DNA of 64,000 nucleotides from Cyanidioschyzon merolae (lineage: Eukaryota), in the NCBI GenBank assembly GCA_000091205.1, contig AP006497.2. One strand, written 5' to 3'. Positions 33,751 through 44,642 of the stretch are shown piece after piece (the stretch's first letter is position 1; every line of letters begins with the position of its first letter). Both the position numbers and the translations under genes were made by a program. The notes below the pieces were generated by a model. That model worked only from the letters and a program-made list of their open reading frames with translations. It had not been told where the DNA came from and made no database searches.

Positions 33751-33893
33751 TGAAAATTAGCAAGTACCTTAGATCTGTACCAGGATGTCACCTTTTATTA
33801 GAATGCATGTGGCGAAGAAGGCAGCGCAACAGATTGAACGCTGCACTGCTGAATTGCGTTTCCTCCTCAAAACTGATCGAGTCCTTCGAAGCT

Positions 33894-34145
33894 CACCCAG
33901 CATCGGCATGATAGTTTTCAATCTCGACCGAGCATGTGCAATTGAATCGGGAACTGAGCCTCGCCTGGAATGGATTTGCGGCTGTACAGGATCTCGAATG
34001 CGGGAAAGGGCTTCGAAGCTCACCCAGCATCGGCATGATAGTTTTCAATCTCGACCGAGCATGTGCAATTGAATCGGGAACTGAGCCTCGCCTGGAATGG
34101 ATTTGCGGCTATACAGGATCTTGAATGCGGGAATAGAGATACTGA
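33894..34145. repeat. Tandem duplication, 2 x 126 bp, immediately downstream of repeat copy 1.
   Basis: cttcgaagctcacccagcatcggcatgatagttttcaatctcgaccgagcatgtgcaattgaatcgggaactgagcctcgcctggaatggatttgcggct(g/a)tacaggatct(c/t)gaatgcggga is repeated twice with 2-3 mismatches. Confidence 0.9.
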
Positions 34146-35181
34146 TCTAAAGCGCTGTGCAACAGAGTGTGCGCAGTCGCAAGGGGCTCCCCGCTTTCGT
34201 ATCATATAATCGGGGCTGCAGCGCGGCGCACAAAGAACGCTGTTTCGATCGTGGCTAGTGCGGGTGTTTCGCGCCCGCCGGTTACAGGTGTAGGGACAAG
34301 TACAAGGTCAGTCGACAGCTCGATACTAGCTCGCGAGCACGTATTTGAGCTACTGCTCTTTGCGGCCGAAACGAGAAAACTTGCATGCACAGCGATCCCT
34401 CGTCCTACAACCTGGCTGGCTCGGAGCGCCACACTCGATCTCTGCAAATGAATACGGTGTCGCTGCTCAGAGAGTTCCACAAAAGTAATGCTCCACGTGC
34501 AGCGATAGGCGCGCATGGCGTTGCGCGAACATAACCAAGATGCTTCGCGAGACGGGATACGCAGGCACCTACTTGCACACTCTGGCAACGTTCCGACACG
34601 TATCCCCGCTCGGAAAAGACCCCGTCGCGCCGCATCATCCCGAGTACGCGTCTGCGTGGAGAGAAGCCTATCTCTGCCCGCAGCCGATACCGCGATATCG
34701 AGAGAGCTGAGTCCTGAGCATGCAGCGTTCGAGTCCAAGCTACACAGCATCACGCCCATAGGAAACGCGATAAGCATTGTTGTGACGAAACGTTGGCCAT
34801 GCGAATTGTCTTGATTCGGCATGCACACAATCCATGCAGCCGGACCTTGACCTATCGAGTGCAATCGATGCGCGTACCAAGCGTTCGCTAGTGCACAATC
34901 GTCATCAGCGTCTTGAGATGCAGCCTCTGGGCTACGAAAATCCCAAGATGTTTTCGCATCGCCTACCAGCGATGCATCTGCAGAGCCCCGACTATGCACA
35001 CGCACACACCGGATCGAGTGCGTGCGTGCGCGCGTAAAATTCTCCCGCGATCACCGCAGGACACGCATCGCTGGCGGGGCGCCACTTTTTCCCTCCGATG
35101 CGTTTCCCGCGGAGACGGATAGCATCGCCCTACCGCTCCATTCATATCTAATTAACTCATGTATTCTTTCTGCTTTAGCCT

Positions 35182-35967
35182 ATGGCCTGTAGAATAAACG
35201 CGGAGAAGGACTTCGAGGCAGAGCCCGAGTCTTCCACGAGCGGTACAGGTAGCCGGGCGGAGCGCAACCGCGTTTTGCCTGAAAGAGCAGGCAGAGCAGC
35301 AGAGTCCATCGTATCCTGGGGTCCTGAAGTGTACGACGCTGCCGCTGCTTTGTCGCAGTTGCGCGAGAACACGCACTGCGGGCCGCCAACACAAACGAAG
35401 CGTCGTGGACGGCCAAAGAGAACTTTCCGTTCTCCGACACCTTTCGGGCCTACCGGACCGAACCGCCGCTGGAAGCGATTCGAGGCAGGTCCAGGGCTGC
35501 GTTTAGAACTGACGCGGACGGAACTCGAAAATAACGCGTCCACGCAAGTGGAGTGCCCTCAGCCGAGCTGTGGTCGTGTCTTTGGATCGCGGCAGGCGTT
35601 GGCCGCACACTTGCGGCATTTTCCATCTCATCGTTCTTTCTATAACGAAAACGTAGGTCATCGGTATGGTAACTCTCGCGTACGTATTCGCTACATCGCA
35701 GCAGAGGAGTCGCACCAGGCTGCTTGCGGATCGGAGATGGCGCCTTCTTCGGCGCCCTTGGCGACTGCCCGAATGGAGGTCCCAGTGGATCACGCATCCA
35801 GGGATCAGGCTGAGTCGAGGGAGCGTTTCGCCAAACGAAACCTTGTTGGCGGTCGTGTGCTGGGCAATCTCACCAATATCGCTGCCCAGATCAATGAACA
35901 AGGCGTTTCTGTGTGTGACGATGTGGCACGAACTCCGGGCGCCTTGGAATCGAAGCGCGTGTCGTAA
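35182..35967 (+). CDS. C2H2 zinc-finger protein with an AT-hook (putative DNA-binding regulatory protein).
   Basis: Single C2H2 finger VECPQPSCGRVFGSRQALAAHLRHFPSH. AT-hook KRRGRPKR. The rest is low complexity. Confidence 0.45.
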   Translation: MACRINAEKDFEAEPESSTSGTGSRAERNRVLPERAGRAAESIVSWGPEVYDAAAALSQLRENTHCGPPTQTKRRGRPKRTFRSPTPFGPTGPNRRWKRFEAGPGLRLELTRTELENNASTQVECPQPSCGRVFGSRQALAAHLRHFPSHRSFYNENVGHRYGNSRVRIRYIAAEESHQAACGSEMAPSSAPLATARMEVPVDHASRDQAESRERFAKRNLVGGRVLGNLTNIAAQINEQGVSVCDDVARTPGALESKRVS

Positions 35968-36875
35968 GCCAGCTGGCACCGAAGACTCCGCAAGCCTACT
36001 TTCGCCTTCCAGGTGCGCGACTGGTGCGGTTACCAGAGGCGCACAGAAAGCGCCATCGAGTCGCACCAGCGTCACGGGGTCGTATACGTTTGCTGCTGCA
36101 ACCGCCCTGCTGTTGTTTCCTCCTGTTCATGATTGGTGCCAACGCTCCGATTCTTTCTGCGAAATGGTGACGGCAACGTAGCAATCACGCAGACAGCGCA
36201 ACCAGAACATGCGAATCACTGGATATCGTCTGGTTTGCCACACATCGCGAACCCATCTCTCAAATATGGTACCTGCACATGCTCCGGGTTCGAGTGCAGG
36301 CCACAGCGGTGCGCGTCTCTCAGAAATGGCATCGGCAGGAGCTTCCAGTTCGAGTGTAAGGCGCACCTCCTTGAACGCCGTGCAACGCGATGGTGCGATT
36401 CCTGATTGTCGGCGAGCTCGCAGGCTGCACGACCGGGGCATCGAGTGGATCATCCGAATAGAGGGAGCGCGTTGACGACCTCAGCGCCGAATGCATCCGC
36501 AAGAGATACGACTTTCGCATCCTTTACGCAGATCGTCTAAAGCAAGATTGATGATGGACACAAGCTCGACGAAGCGCCTTTGCTAGTGCGTGTGCATGAT
36601 CGCGAGGCATTCTGATACCGCAGTTTTCGAGGCCAGCCACGCCGCCCTTTTGCTGCGAAATACCCGCTCCATACGAGCGTCACTCGCTGTATCTCAATCG
36701 ACGACGTTGAAGCGATTGTGCAGACAGGAAAACATGAGGTTCTTAGGCAGGGTCAAAGCGGTTCTGGGCTCCAAGCTATGCGCAAACGCTGCCTTTGCCA
36801 AAAGGCCAAGCAGCTTGCATTCAGAATTCGAGGTGAGGCTCCGACGGAGGCTCAGCACGTCGGCAGTCTGTAACC

Positions 36876-38360
36876 CTAACGATTCATTTCGCTGGCGGGA
36901 GCGTCGTCCGAGACGGCCTGCAAACGGTAAATTAATTGAGCATGCGCAGCGATCAGGGATTCCCCTCTGGAGCCGAACACACAGCTCCCCATCTGATGAC
37001 GTAAGCGAGGAACCACAACAGATGCCACCCTAAGAGCGTCTTCCAGACGGTACACGTGGATTACACCGGCATCCGTTGCAACGCATACCAGGCCGGGATC
37101 AACGGCAGTCCCGATGTGGTCCTCATCGAGCGCGACATCGATAGCGCCGCATCCTCCTCCGCTGCCGCGCAGTCCAATGACCCTCTCGCCCCGCCCGGAC
37201 TGATTCCAGATATCTGTACCCTTCTCATAATCAAGGTAGCGTAACGAATCAGATGTTTTCACGACGAGACCGCGCGGGCCACAGCGCACGACTTCGACAG
37301 TACTCGCAACTGCTGCAAGGAGGCGACCACCGTCGAGTTCAGCCAGTCGACCCTGCAACACTTTGCTTTCCGCACCGGGTGCCTCGGCCGGCCCCGTCCA
37401 AGTGCTCTCCTCAAATCTGAGTTGCCACACTCGGATTTCGGACGGCTTCGTACGCGCTACGAAAAGCGCATCCTCCGGAGAGAGCGCGAGCGCTGTCGGC
37501 CGTTCCAGATGGACTCGCCCGATGAGCTGCACATGACGATGACCGCCCAGAAGCTGCCATACACAAACCCCATTCCCTGAGGCAGATGCGAAGACACCCT
37601 CGCGGCTGGGGTGGGCGCCCACCGCGCGAATGCCGAGTGCATCAGCAACCGCATGCAGATCGACTGCGGTACAGGCCTCTGCTGCGGAGAGCGGTTTTCC
37701 AGCTTCATGCGATATGATGAGGATTTCCGAGGCTTCCGCGATGCTGAGAACCCGCAGCCGACCAGAACGGCAGCCGATGACGACCAGCGTCTCCAGGGTT
37801 GCTTTGCCTCGTTCACTTGCTGGCACCCATCGCTCTAGCCAGGAGCGCTGCTCCCTCGTCGTGACCGGCAGTACGAAACAGCAACAGGTGAACTCGTCTC
37901 CATCCGAAGACCGAAAGGCAACACACAAGTCCAAGTTCGGACCCAGGTGCTCGTTATCATAAACAAAGCAATACTCGGAAGAAAGAGAGGCGATTAAGTT
38001 GTGTGCAGTTGCTTGCACTGTGTTGCGCTCGAGTGCGCGAATATCTTCGTTGTGCGGTTCACGAATGATTCGCTTAAGCTCCAGTTTCTTCAAGTTCGTT
38101 TCCCATACTGACATGAAGCGGAAAGTCCAAACGTCCTTAACTGACTTGTGCGCTACCCAGGTGAGTACGCACCAAAAGCGGTAGAAAAAAGATACGGAGA
38201 GAGCGCGGGCACGGGAGACGCGCGCCTTCCCGCGCCCTGGCCAGCACGACAGCTGCGCCATCGAATGTGTCGCAGCTGCGGATACGGGCTGGTGTGCGCT
38301 CGCAACCACTCGACGCAGTATCGACCATAGTGGATTCTCGGGGAAAAGCCTGATTTTCAA
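36876..38360 (-). CDS. WD40 / beta-propeller repeat protein, function unknown. The real start is probably an internal Met (MSVWETNLKK…).
   Basis: Recurrent WD-like blades ending …GVIHVYRL, …NGVCVWQL, …SEIRVWQL, …RLRVLSI, at intervals of about 40 aa. Confidence 0.5.
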   Translation of the reverse strand: MKIRLFPENPLWSILRRVVASAHQPVSAAATHSMAQLSCWPGRGKARVSRARALSVSFFYRFWCVLTWVAHKSVKDVWTFRFMSVWETNLKKLELKRIIREPHNEDIRALERNTVQATAHNLIASLSSEYCFVYDNEHLGPNLDLCVAFRSSDGDEFTCCCFVLPVTTREQRSWLERWVPASERGKATLETLVVIGCRSGRLRVLSIAEASEILIISHEAGKPLSAAEACTAVDLHAVADALGIRAVGAHPSREGVFASASGNGVCVWQLLGGHRHVQLIGRVHLERPTALALSPEDALFVARTKPSEIRVWQLRFEESTWTGPAEAPGAESKVLQGRLAELDGGRLLAAVASTVEVVRCGPRGLVVKTSDSLRYLDYEKGTDIWNQSGRGERVIGLRGSGGGCGAIDVALDEDHIGTAVDPGLVCVATDAGVIHVYRLEDALRVASVVVPRLRHQMGSCVFGSRGESLIAAHAQLIYRLQAVSDDAPASEMNR

Positions 38361-38930
38361 TTAGACGTATGCGCGATGGTTGGTTGAAGCTCCATTCCAT
38401 GTTTGAAATGATGCATGCTTGCCTAGAAGACGATATTCGGTGCGCACTGGGGATATCTGGTTTGTCCCGACGATCCAATACGAAATATATCCATCGTTAG
38501 GCAGTGGCGGCGTCGTGCACTTGGACCTCCACGGTGCACGCCGCTCGTATCATGACAGTAAGGCAACGATGCCTGTATGTGGATGTGTGCTGGATACGGA
38601 ACGTCAGGAACGTGGGCCTGCGCGAGAACGTGGCAAGGCCATCCAGAGGGCACAGACAGCGTCGAACGGGCCCGTGAATCGGAATCGTGGGGTATCGGAG
38701 AGCGCCGCACTGGGGCAGCGGATAACCGTCGTATTCGTAAGGCGGATGTGGTCAGGGGCATTCCCCAGTTACCATGCGCTAAGTATTCGATGGTCCAGGT
38801 GAGGCCTTCGAACGATCTCGCTATTGATTGGGCTGTCTGTGGGCGGCCTATACAGAAGGTTTGTCGAATCAGGAAATCGTGTACGTGTGACCGTTGACAC
38901 ATCGGGAGTGAACCAGATTTCTCCGTAAAA

Positions 38931-39381
38931 CCCAGAGACGGACGCACGACATGGTGCCTCGCGTACGGACGGCATATTAGGTAGCGAGGCAATCGAAGGG
39001 AAACGACTTGCGGTGGTGTGATTCCACCAGCAAGCGTTCGCGCAAGCACTCGCTGCACCGTCACTTGAGCGTCTCGGTGAGCACTGGGAAATCTGTAGGA
39101 GTTCAGGAGTGTCCAGCAGCTTGGAGTTGTGCGAGCGTTAACGGAATCAATTTGTACACAGTGCATGGGTATTGTAGTGAATCGCAGGGGGCCTCGCGAT
39201 GAAAACGATCATTAGTCACGAACGTGCGCATTGGACTCTCGCATGGTGCAACGCAAGGAAATGGTGCGGTTCAGCGATCCACTGAGACTGGAACGCCCTG
39301 CATACACACCAGAAATGGTTTACATTGCCATGCGGTAAACGACAATGGTGTTCCGTTGATTGCTATTTTTCTGAGTACAAG
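38931..39381. repeat. Copy 2 of the roughly 450-bp direct repeat pair (copy 1 at 33300-33750).
   Basis: See copy 1. Confidence 0.9.
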
Positions 39382-39493
39382 TTTACCAACCCCAGTACGA
39401 TGGAGCGCGTGACACAGCTTTCCGGTACGCATACCTGGTATTCCAACAACCCAGTGGACGTGCAAACACGAGCACAACCCCTTTGAACTGAAG

Positions 39494-40435
39494 TTGAAGG
39501 AAAGGTACATCGTGCAACGCTTTCCCAGTCCGGGATCATCGCGTTCATCTGTGCGACGCGGTGCTCTGGGATCGATTCGCATTCCGCGTGGAGCTTTGGT
39601 GCATGGAAACCGAATGTTTGTTGGAACGGGTACCGCAAGGTTTTTCGCCACAAAAGCCCAAAAGGCAGCAAATGCAGGACAGCAGCACGGCCGTTTTACT
39701 GGCTATGACCACGTCGTGCTCGTGAACCGAGTGAATGCGCCGCGACGACCTCGCGGTAACACGCGAAACGCTTCCAGTGCCTTGCGCATTCAGCAGCCTC
39801 TATCACTTTCAGCGAACTTGTTCCGGAACGAAAAGAAAAATGATTGGCCACGCTGTTTCCCGCAGGTGCTCTGTGGGCTTCTAGTGGCGTTGCAGCTCCA
39901 GTCGAGCGATTGCACGGTGTTCGCGAGCGCGAACCCCACCGAGAACGCTGGTACGGCACCGCTCGAAGCAGAGCCATACCTGAAACAAGGGCGACCCGTC
40001 CCAGCGACGACTGAGCCACTGACTCTGGGTCATGCCGCGGATGTTGAGCACCGCGTCACGCGCGACGCTACAGGCACCCTGATTCCCCTCGACATTGTGC
40101 AGCTGCGGGCACCGCGCGACGTTCGCTCGCCGCCAGTTCGGTCACGAGATGCCGTGCTTGTCCGGTACGTCGCGTTCCTTGAAGATGGAACTGTGATCGA
40201 AGACAAGAGAAACGGCAAAACTCCGGTTTTCTTCCGGGCGGGCACTGCAACCCTGCCGGCGGCTGTCGACTTGGGGGTGGAGGGTATGCGGGTCGGCGAG
40301 CAGCGACGTGTTCGCGTCCGAGCGGTGGACAACTTTCACGGAGTGAATCTGCGGCTAGGCGCTGCTGCTGTGGTACCACGTGAGAGTACCCTTTATTATG
40401 ACATAGAGCTGGTCGGGATCAATCCGTATTCGTAA
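39494..40435 (+). CDS. FKBP-type peptidyl-prolyl isomerase-domain protein (divergent), with an RG-rich N-terminal region.
   Basis: The C-terminal domain VLVRYVAFLEDGTVIEDKRNGKTPVFFRAGTATLPAAVDLGVEGMRVGEQRRVRV…LYYDIELVGI aligns with the FKBP12 fold (V.Y.G.LEDG..FDSS…PF.F.LG…VI.G…GV..M.VGE…L.I…LVFDVEL). Confidence 0.5.
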   Translation: MKERYIVQRFPSPGSSRSSVRRGALGSIRIPRGALVHGNRMFVGTGTARFFATKAQKAANAGQQHGRFTGYDHVVLVNRVNAPRRPRGNTRNASSALRIQQPLSLSANLFRNEKKNDWPRCFPQVLCGLLVALQLQSSDCTVFASANPTENAGTAPLEAEPYLKQGRPVPATTEPLTLGHAADVEHRVTRDATGTLIPLDIVQLRAPRDVRSPPVRSRDAVLVRYVAFLEDGTVIEDKRNGKTPVFFRAGTATLPAAVDLGVEGMRVGEQRRVRVRAVDNFHGVNLRLGAAAVVPRESTLYYDIELVGINPYS

Positions 40436-42179
40436 GCGGTAGATCCGGATCACGCGGGGCATCACATGGACGATTTCAGTTCGCGCTTCATGGGTATGAT
40501 CAAAAAAACTGGTGTGTGCACCTCTGCCCTGAATGATCGTAGTGCTTGCTGACGACCCAGGACGTGTTATTTGCACAAGCAATCGAGAATAGCTGCCAAT
40601 GACGCGTAACAAAACTGACCGAGCTGAAACCGTGACGAAATGTCGACGACTAGGTACCCGCGAGATGGAGTTCGGCCACGAGTCGTTGGCGCTCGTGCTT
40701 ATCACCGTGTACGCAACGACGACGCCAAAGTCAGCGTGAAATGGAACGGGTGTACACGCTCACGTTTGAGTCTCTTCCCATCGTTATCAATGCCAGCGTT
40801 TGCGCGCTTTTTCTGTGACTGTTTCCTTTTCATCTGTGCGAATACGGGTATTCTATAGGCCGGCTTCTGTTCTCGCTCCAGCGCCATTTTCAACGGTTGA
40901 GGGATGTTGATGGCAGCGTTAAAGTCGCGATTCCGTAGCTTGCTCCTGTTATCGAAGCGATTCATGCGTAAGCAAAAGTCACGAACAAAGCTTCACTTGT
41001 CGTTCTCATCTCCGTTGCGTCCAGCCTCGATACGCTTTTCGTGGCGCTGACACATGCTTGTTACGGGGGTGCTCCTGGGCGTCCGCCGCACTTGATCCTC
41101 CGAGAATCGCCCTGGGGCGCGTTCAGGTGTGCGTCATCGCGCTTTACATACCCTGGACGGATACAGAGGTGTCTCCCCGGTTCCATCATCCGTTTCCGCG
41201 TCCAGTTTATTACCCTACGATCACGACTTTCGTACGAGCGATCCGCTCGTCGAGTATCCTGCTCGCTGCGCGCGTACACTGTTCTTTTCGATAGAGAATT
41301 TGTGAAACACGGTGTTGCCCGTAATGGCACGAGAATCGGAAGGGACATAACGGCTGGAGAACGAGTCGTAGCATGTCCTTACGTCAACGCTGGCTTTGCC
41401 AAAACCGGTGATCGATGTTCCGCTGGAACCAATCGCTGCGAAGTCGCAAGTCCGAGTCCAAGACTCTATTCCATAATATAGAAGAGACGGCAGTCTCTAT
41501 GAACATGTCCCGTGGGCGGTAAAATGAGGATCTAGTGTTCGGTTCCGTCGATCTCCATGCGAAAATTTTTCTTTCCGATGGAGACGATTATCTAACATGG
41601 CAAGTTCAAGGAGCGCTTCGCTTGCGCCTATGAAGCGTTACTCAACGAACCATGCCGACGCTTTTTAGGCGGCGATCTAGCGACGCGAACTTTCTGCGCC
41701 CACGCGTTACTCTGAAACAGGAAGATCGAAAGCTTCAAAAAGACTAGAGTAGAGAAGCAGGATACATGTCAGCAAACTCGAAAAGCGGAGACGTGTGTAT
41801 ACGAATTGGAAGGCGATCTCGGTTGCTTTTACGAACCCAAGTGCGAGGGCGTCGTGAATCATCTTGACTTCAGCTACGAAATGCATCCCAGCGACAGAGA
41901 GTTGATGAACCCATTCTGAAAAGAGGACCGAGAACCCCAAATCTACATATGAATCTTTCAGCCCCGATCTCTACCCGAGAAATGTTGATGCTGTACATGT
42001 ACAAAAAAAAGAATCGAAAGACCGAACATGCAGGATAGGAACGACTCGTCCAGGGTTCCATTTTTAAGCGAAACGGACCTCGGCGCAAAAGCAAAAGCTT
42101 CCAACCAGTACAGATTTGAAACTTATCGACCAGCTCTCCGCTCTGGCCGACCGCCTCCCTCTCTCTCACCAGAACAGCA

Positions 42180-44414
42180 TCACGCGGTAAATGCTTGTAC
42201 CCATAATGCGTTCCACTGAGCGAGTGCGGACAGCCAGTCGTGACGGATGCTCGGCTGGTCGACCTCATGATCATTCGCTGCGGCGCCGTGCCTGCTGGCA
42301 TCATCCATGCGAGACTCTGGTGCGACACATGCGGAGGCCTCGCTCGAGGACTCAGTCACTGAAGCGCTTGTATGAACATCAGTCGACATCCATAAGCAGG
42401 TATCGAACAACGCGTACGTGATCTCATGTCCAGGGGATACGTTTCGAGCCGCACACTGCGGCAAGATGTGTTGAATGACGATTTCGAGCAGCTGGCGACG
42501 TAAGCACGCTGGCAAGTCCGTCGAGGAAAACATGCGGCTTGCTCGCTGCAGCATCTCCAAAATTTGTTCATCAGAGAGGAATATTCCGCGAAGTTTGCAT
42601 AGGATAAGCTCGTAAAACTGAGCATAGTCCGGCAAAAACGCAAGCGCTGCTAAAATTTGCCGCCGCTGTTGACCCACGGAAGCAGGAGCCGGGCGATCCT
42701 GCAGCGCAGCCTCAAACGCGTCCAATAAACTCTGCTTCTGTGCAAGAAACCACATCATGTCCGGCAACCGCACGGAATCACCGATTTCCAGGCGGCGCAT
42801 CTGTGCAGTGCAACATCGCAAAGCCTTTTCTTTTTGCCCCAGAAGGACCCATTCGTAGAAGGCAGCAGGCCATATTGCGTTTGCTTCCAGCAGGCGCGCA
42901 CGAGCAGCGTGCAGCGCATCGCCCAAGGCCTCGCGCTCTAAAGTGGCGACTCCCGCACGGTGCATCATGCGTATTGCTTCGGCCTCGAACAGCCGTTGCT
43001 CCCGAAGAGAATGCAGACTGGATGGGATCAAGGCCAAAAGCATTCCTGACACGGCATTGGCCGCGGCAAACGACGTCCGGTAACGTAGAGTCATGCGCCA
43101 ATAGTCGGTAAATTCAGTGCGCTCCATGAGTGTGTCAGCGTATCGCTGCATAAGCGGGCCTGCGATGGACGTCATACCGCTCGGAGGAGAACATGTGTCC
43201 GCCATGTGAACGGCGTGCCAGATCCCAAAGGGAAAAAGTGTCAGTGCCACTATGGCTTCTTCAAAGTGGCCCATAGCTATCGCGTTGGATATCCAGTACA
43301 GCACTGCAGCGGGTTCCAGACTGCCTTCTCGTATCGTATCGAGGTACTCGGCAGGGGACGCGAGCGGAAACCTCAGACAAGCGCTTTTCGCTGCTTTCGA
43401 GGAGAGCGCTGCGAATGAGCGCTCGTCCTCATAGCTTCCGCGTCCGTACAACACATGGGCTATGAAATCATCCGCCCAGTTCCTTACAACGTCTAGGGAA
43501 AATTCCTCCTCACCACTGAGGCATTTTAGGAGTTGATTCGCCTCATGGAGCCCGTCTATGTTGCGTCCATTAGCTCCTAGCTGTGAAAGCGTCTCTGCGG
43601 CAACAGCGCACGCTTCCTGCCATTGTCTCCAGTTCGGGGCAGTGAGTGTTTCGGGAGCCTCGTGCAGCGCTGCCGCCACCAGCTCAAGAACCGATGTCGC
43701 GTCTAGCAGTTGTGTGTCGCCACCCGCTCGATCGTTCCTGCTTTTGGACAGCGCAGCGCCCAGCAGCTCCAGCGCAGCAGAAGGTCGACCCTGGGCGCAG
43801 GCGCGATGAACGGCCCGCCAGTCCAGGGTGCCGGAGCGTTCAGAAGGTGCGCTTTCCGGGTGCTCGGGTTCTGCGGTACTCACGCCAGCATACCACTGGT
43901 GCAGACACTCGTCGATGGACAAAACATTTTCAAGCGGCTCGTCGCAAAAAAGCAGCGCCTGGGCAAGCCGCCAAATGCCCCCGAGCGCGGGTAAACTCGC
44001 CAGCACCCGCGCCTCTTCTGAACTGCCACAGTCGCTCGCTTCAAGACCGTGTGCCGAAGTTGACTGCGCACTCACCTGCTCTACCAGGTCGACATAGGAT
44101 TTCCAGGCAACATGGCGCTCACGCGAGCTTCGCACACCAGGCTGATCGCGAAAGCAGCGCCATATTGCATAACCACCACAAACGAGCTGTGCTGTGGGCG
44201 TTAAAGAGCCGTTCTGGAACACTTGCATGACCCGATCGGGACGCCTCGTCCACCAGTCGAGTGCAGGGACGCTGCCTGCCACTTCCAGTGCGATCAAGTT
44301 CCGAACCCAGAGATAGACTCTGGGTACACGTGGAGAACGGAGCTGGTGCAGGCCCTGAAGGATGCATTCTTCTCTAGCTGCAGTGCGCCGGTGCGCGAGC
44401 GCAGGTCCGAACAT
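42180..44414 (-). CDS. Alpha-solenoid protein, probably a nucleoporin of the Nup85/Nup75 class. 744 aa, single exon.
   Basis: Segments resembling human NUP85: LLKCLSGEEEFSLDVVRNWADDFIAHVLYG versus [33 protein letters not shown], and TAPNWRQWQEAC versus ELKWQHWHEEC. Helical-repeat composition throughout. The family call is from memory, not a search. Confidence 0.5.
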   Translation of the reverse strand: MFGPALAHRRTAAREECILQGLHQLRSPRVPRVYLWVRNLIALEVAGSVPALDWWTRRPDRVMQVFQNGSLTPTAQLVCGGYAIWRCFRDQPGVRSSRERHVAWKSYVDLVEQVSAQSTSAHGLEASDCGSSEEARVLASLPALGGIWRLAQALLFCDEPLENVLSIDECLHQWYAGVSTAEPEHPESAPSERSGTLDWRAVHRACAQGRPSAALELLGAALSKSRNDRAGGDTQLLDATSVLELVAAALHEAPETLTAPNWRQWQEACAVAAETLSQLGANGRNIDGLHEANQLLKCLSGEEEFSLDVVRNWADDFIAHVLYGRGSYEDERSFAALSSKAAKSACLRFPLASPAEYLDTIREGSLEPAAVLYWISNAIAMGHFEEAIVALTLFPFGIWHAVHMADTCSPPSGMTSIAGPLMQRYADTLMERTEFTDYWRMTLRYRTSFAAANAVSGMLLALIPSSLHSLREQRLFEAEAIRMMHRAGVATLEREALGDALHAARARLLEANAIWPAAFYEWVLLGQKEKALRCCTAQMRRLEIGDSVRLPDMMWFLAQKQSLLDAFEAALQDRPAPASVGQQRRQILAALAFLPDYAQFYELILCKLRGIFLSDEQILEMLQRASRMFSSTDLPACLRRQLLEIVIQHILPQCAARNVSPGHEITYALFDTCLWMSTDVHTSASVTESSSEASACVAPESRMDDASRHGAAANDHEVDQPSIRHDWLSALAQWNALWVQAFTA

Positions 44415-44642
44415 TCCACTGGGGGCTCGCTTTCACAGCCCGACGTTCACGACTGTTGGCTTGCACTGCGTCTAACCGACACGAGCAGCAGCAAGCCTGC
44501 CTTTTATTTCTCAGTGTGACACTTTAACATACGATAAAAGGGTGCTCGCTTCAAATCAATTGAAGCTATCACGGGCCGGTTGCGCAGAGGAAGCACAGGC
44601 TACTGGTGAGGAAGAGGCCTCCGGTTTCCAGCGAAGCTACCC

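Noticed and set aside
34202-35005. 267-aa minus-strand ORF between the 126-bp tandem duplication and the zinc-finger gene
   Set aside because: The sequence is low-complexity and S/A/R-rich with no motif. It could be real but I cannot support a call.
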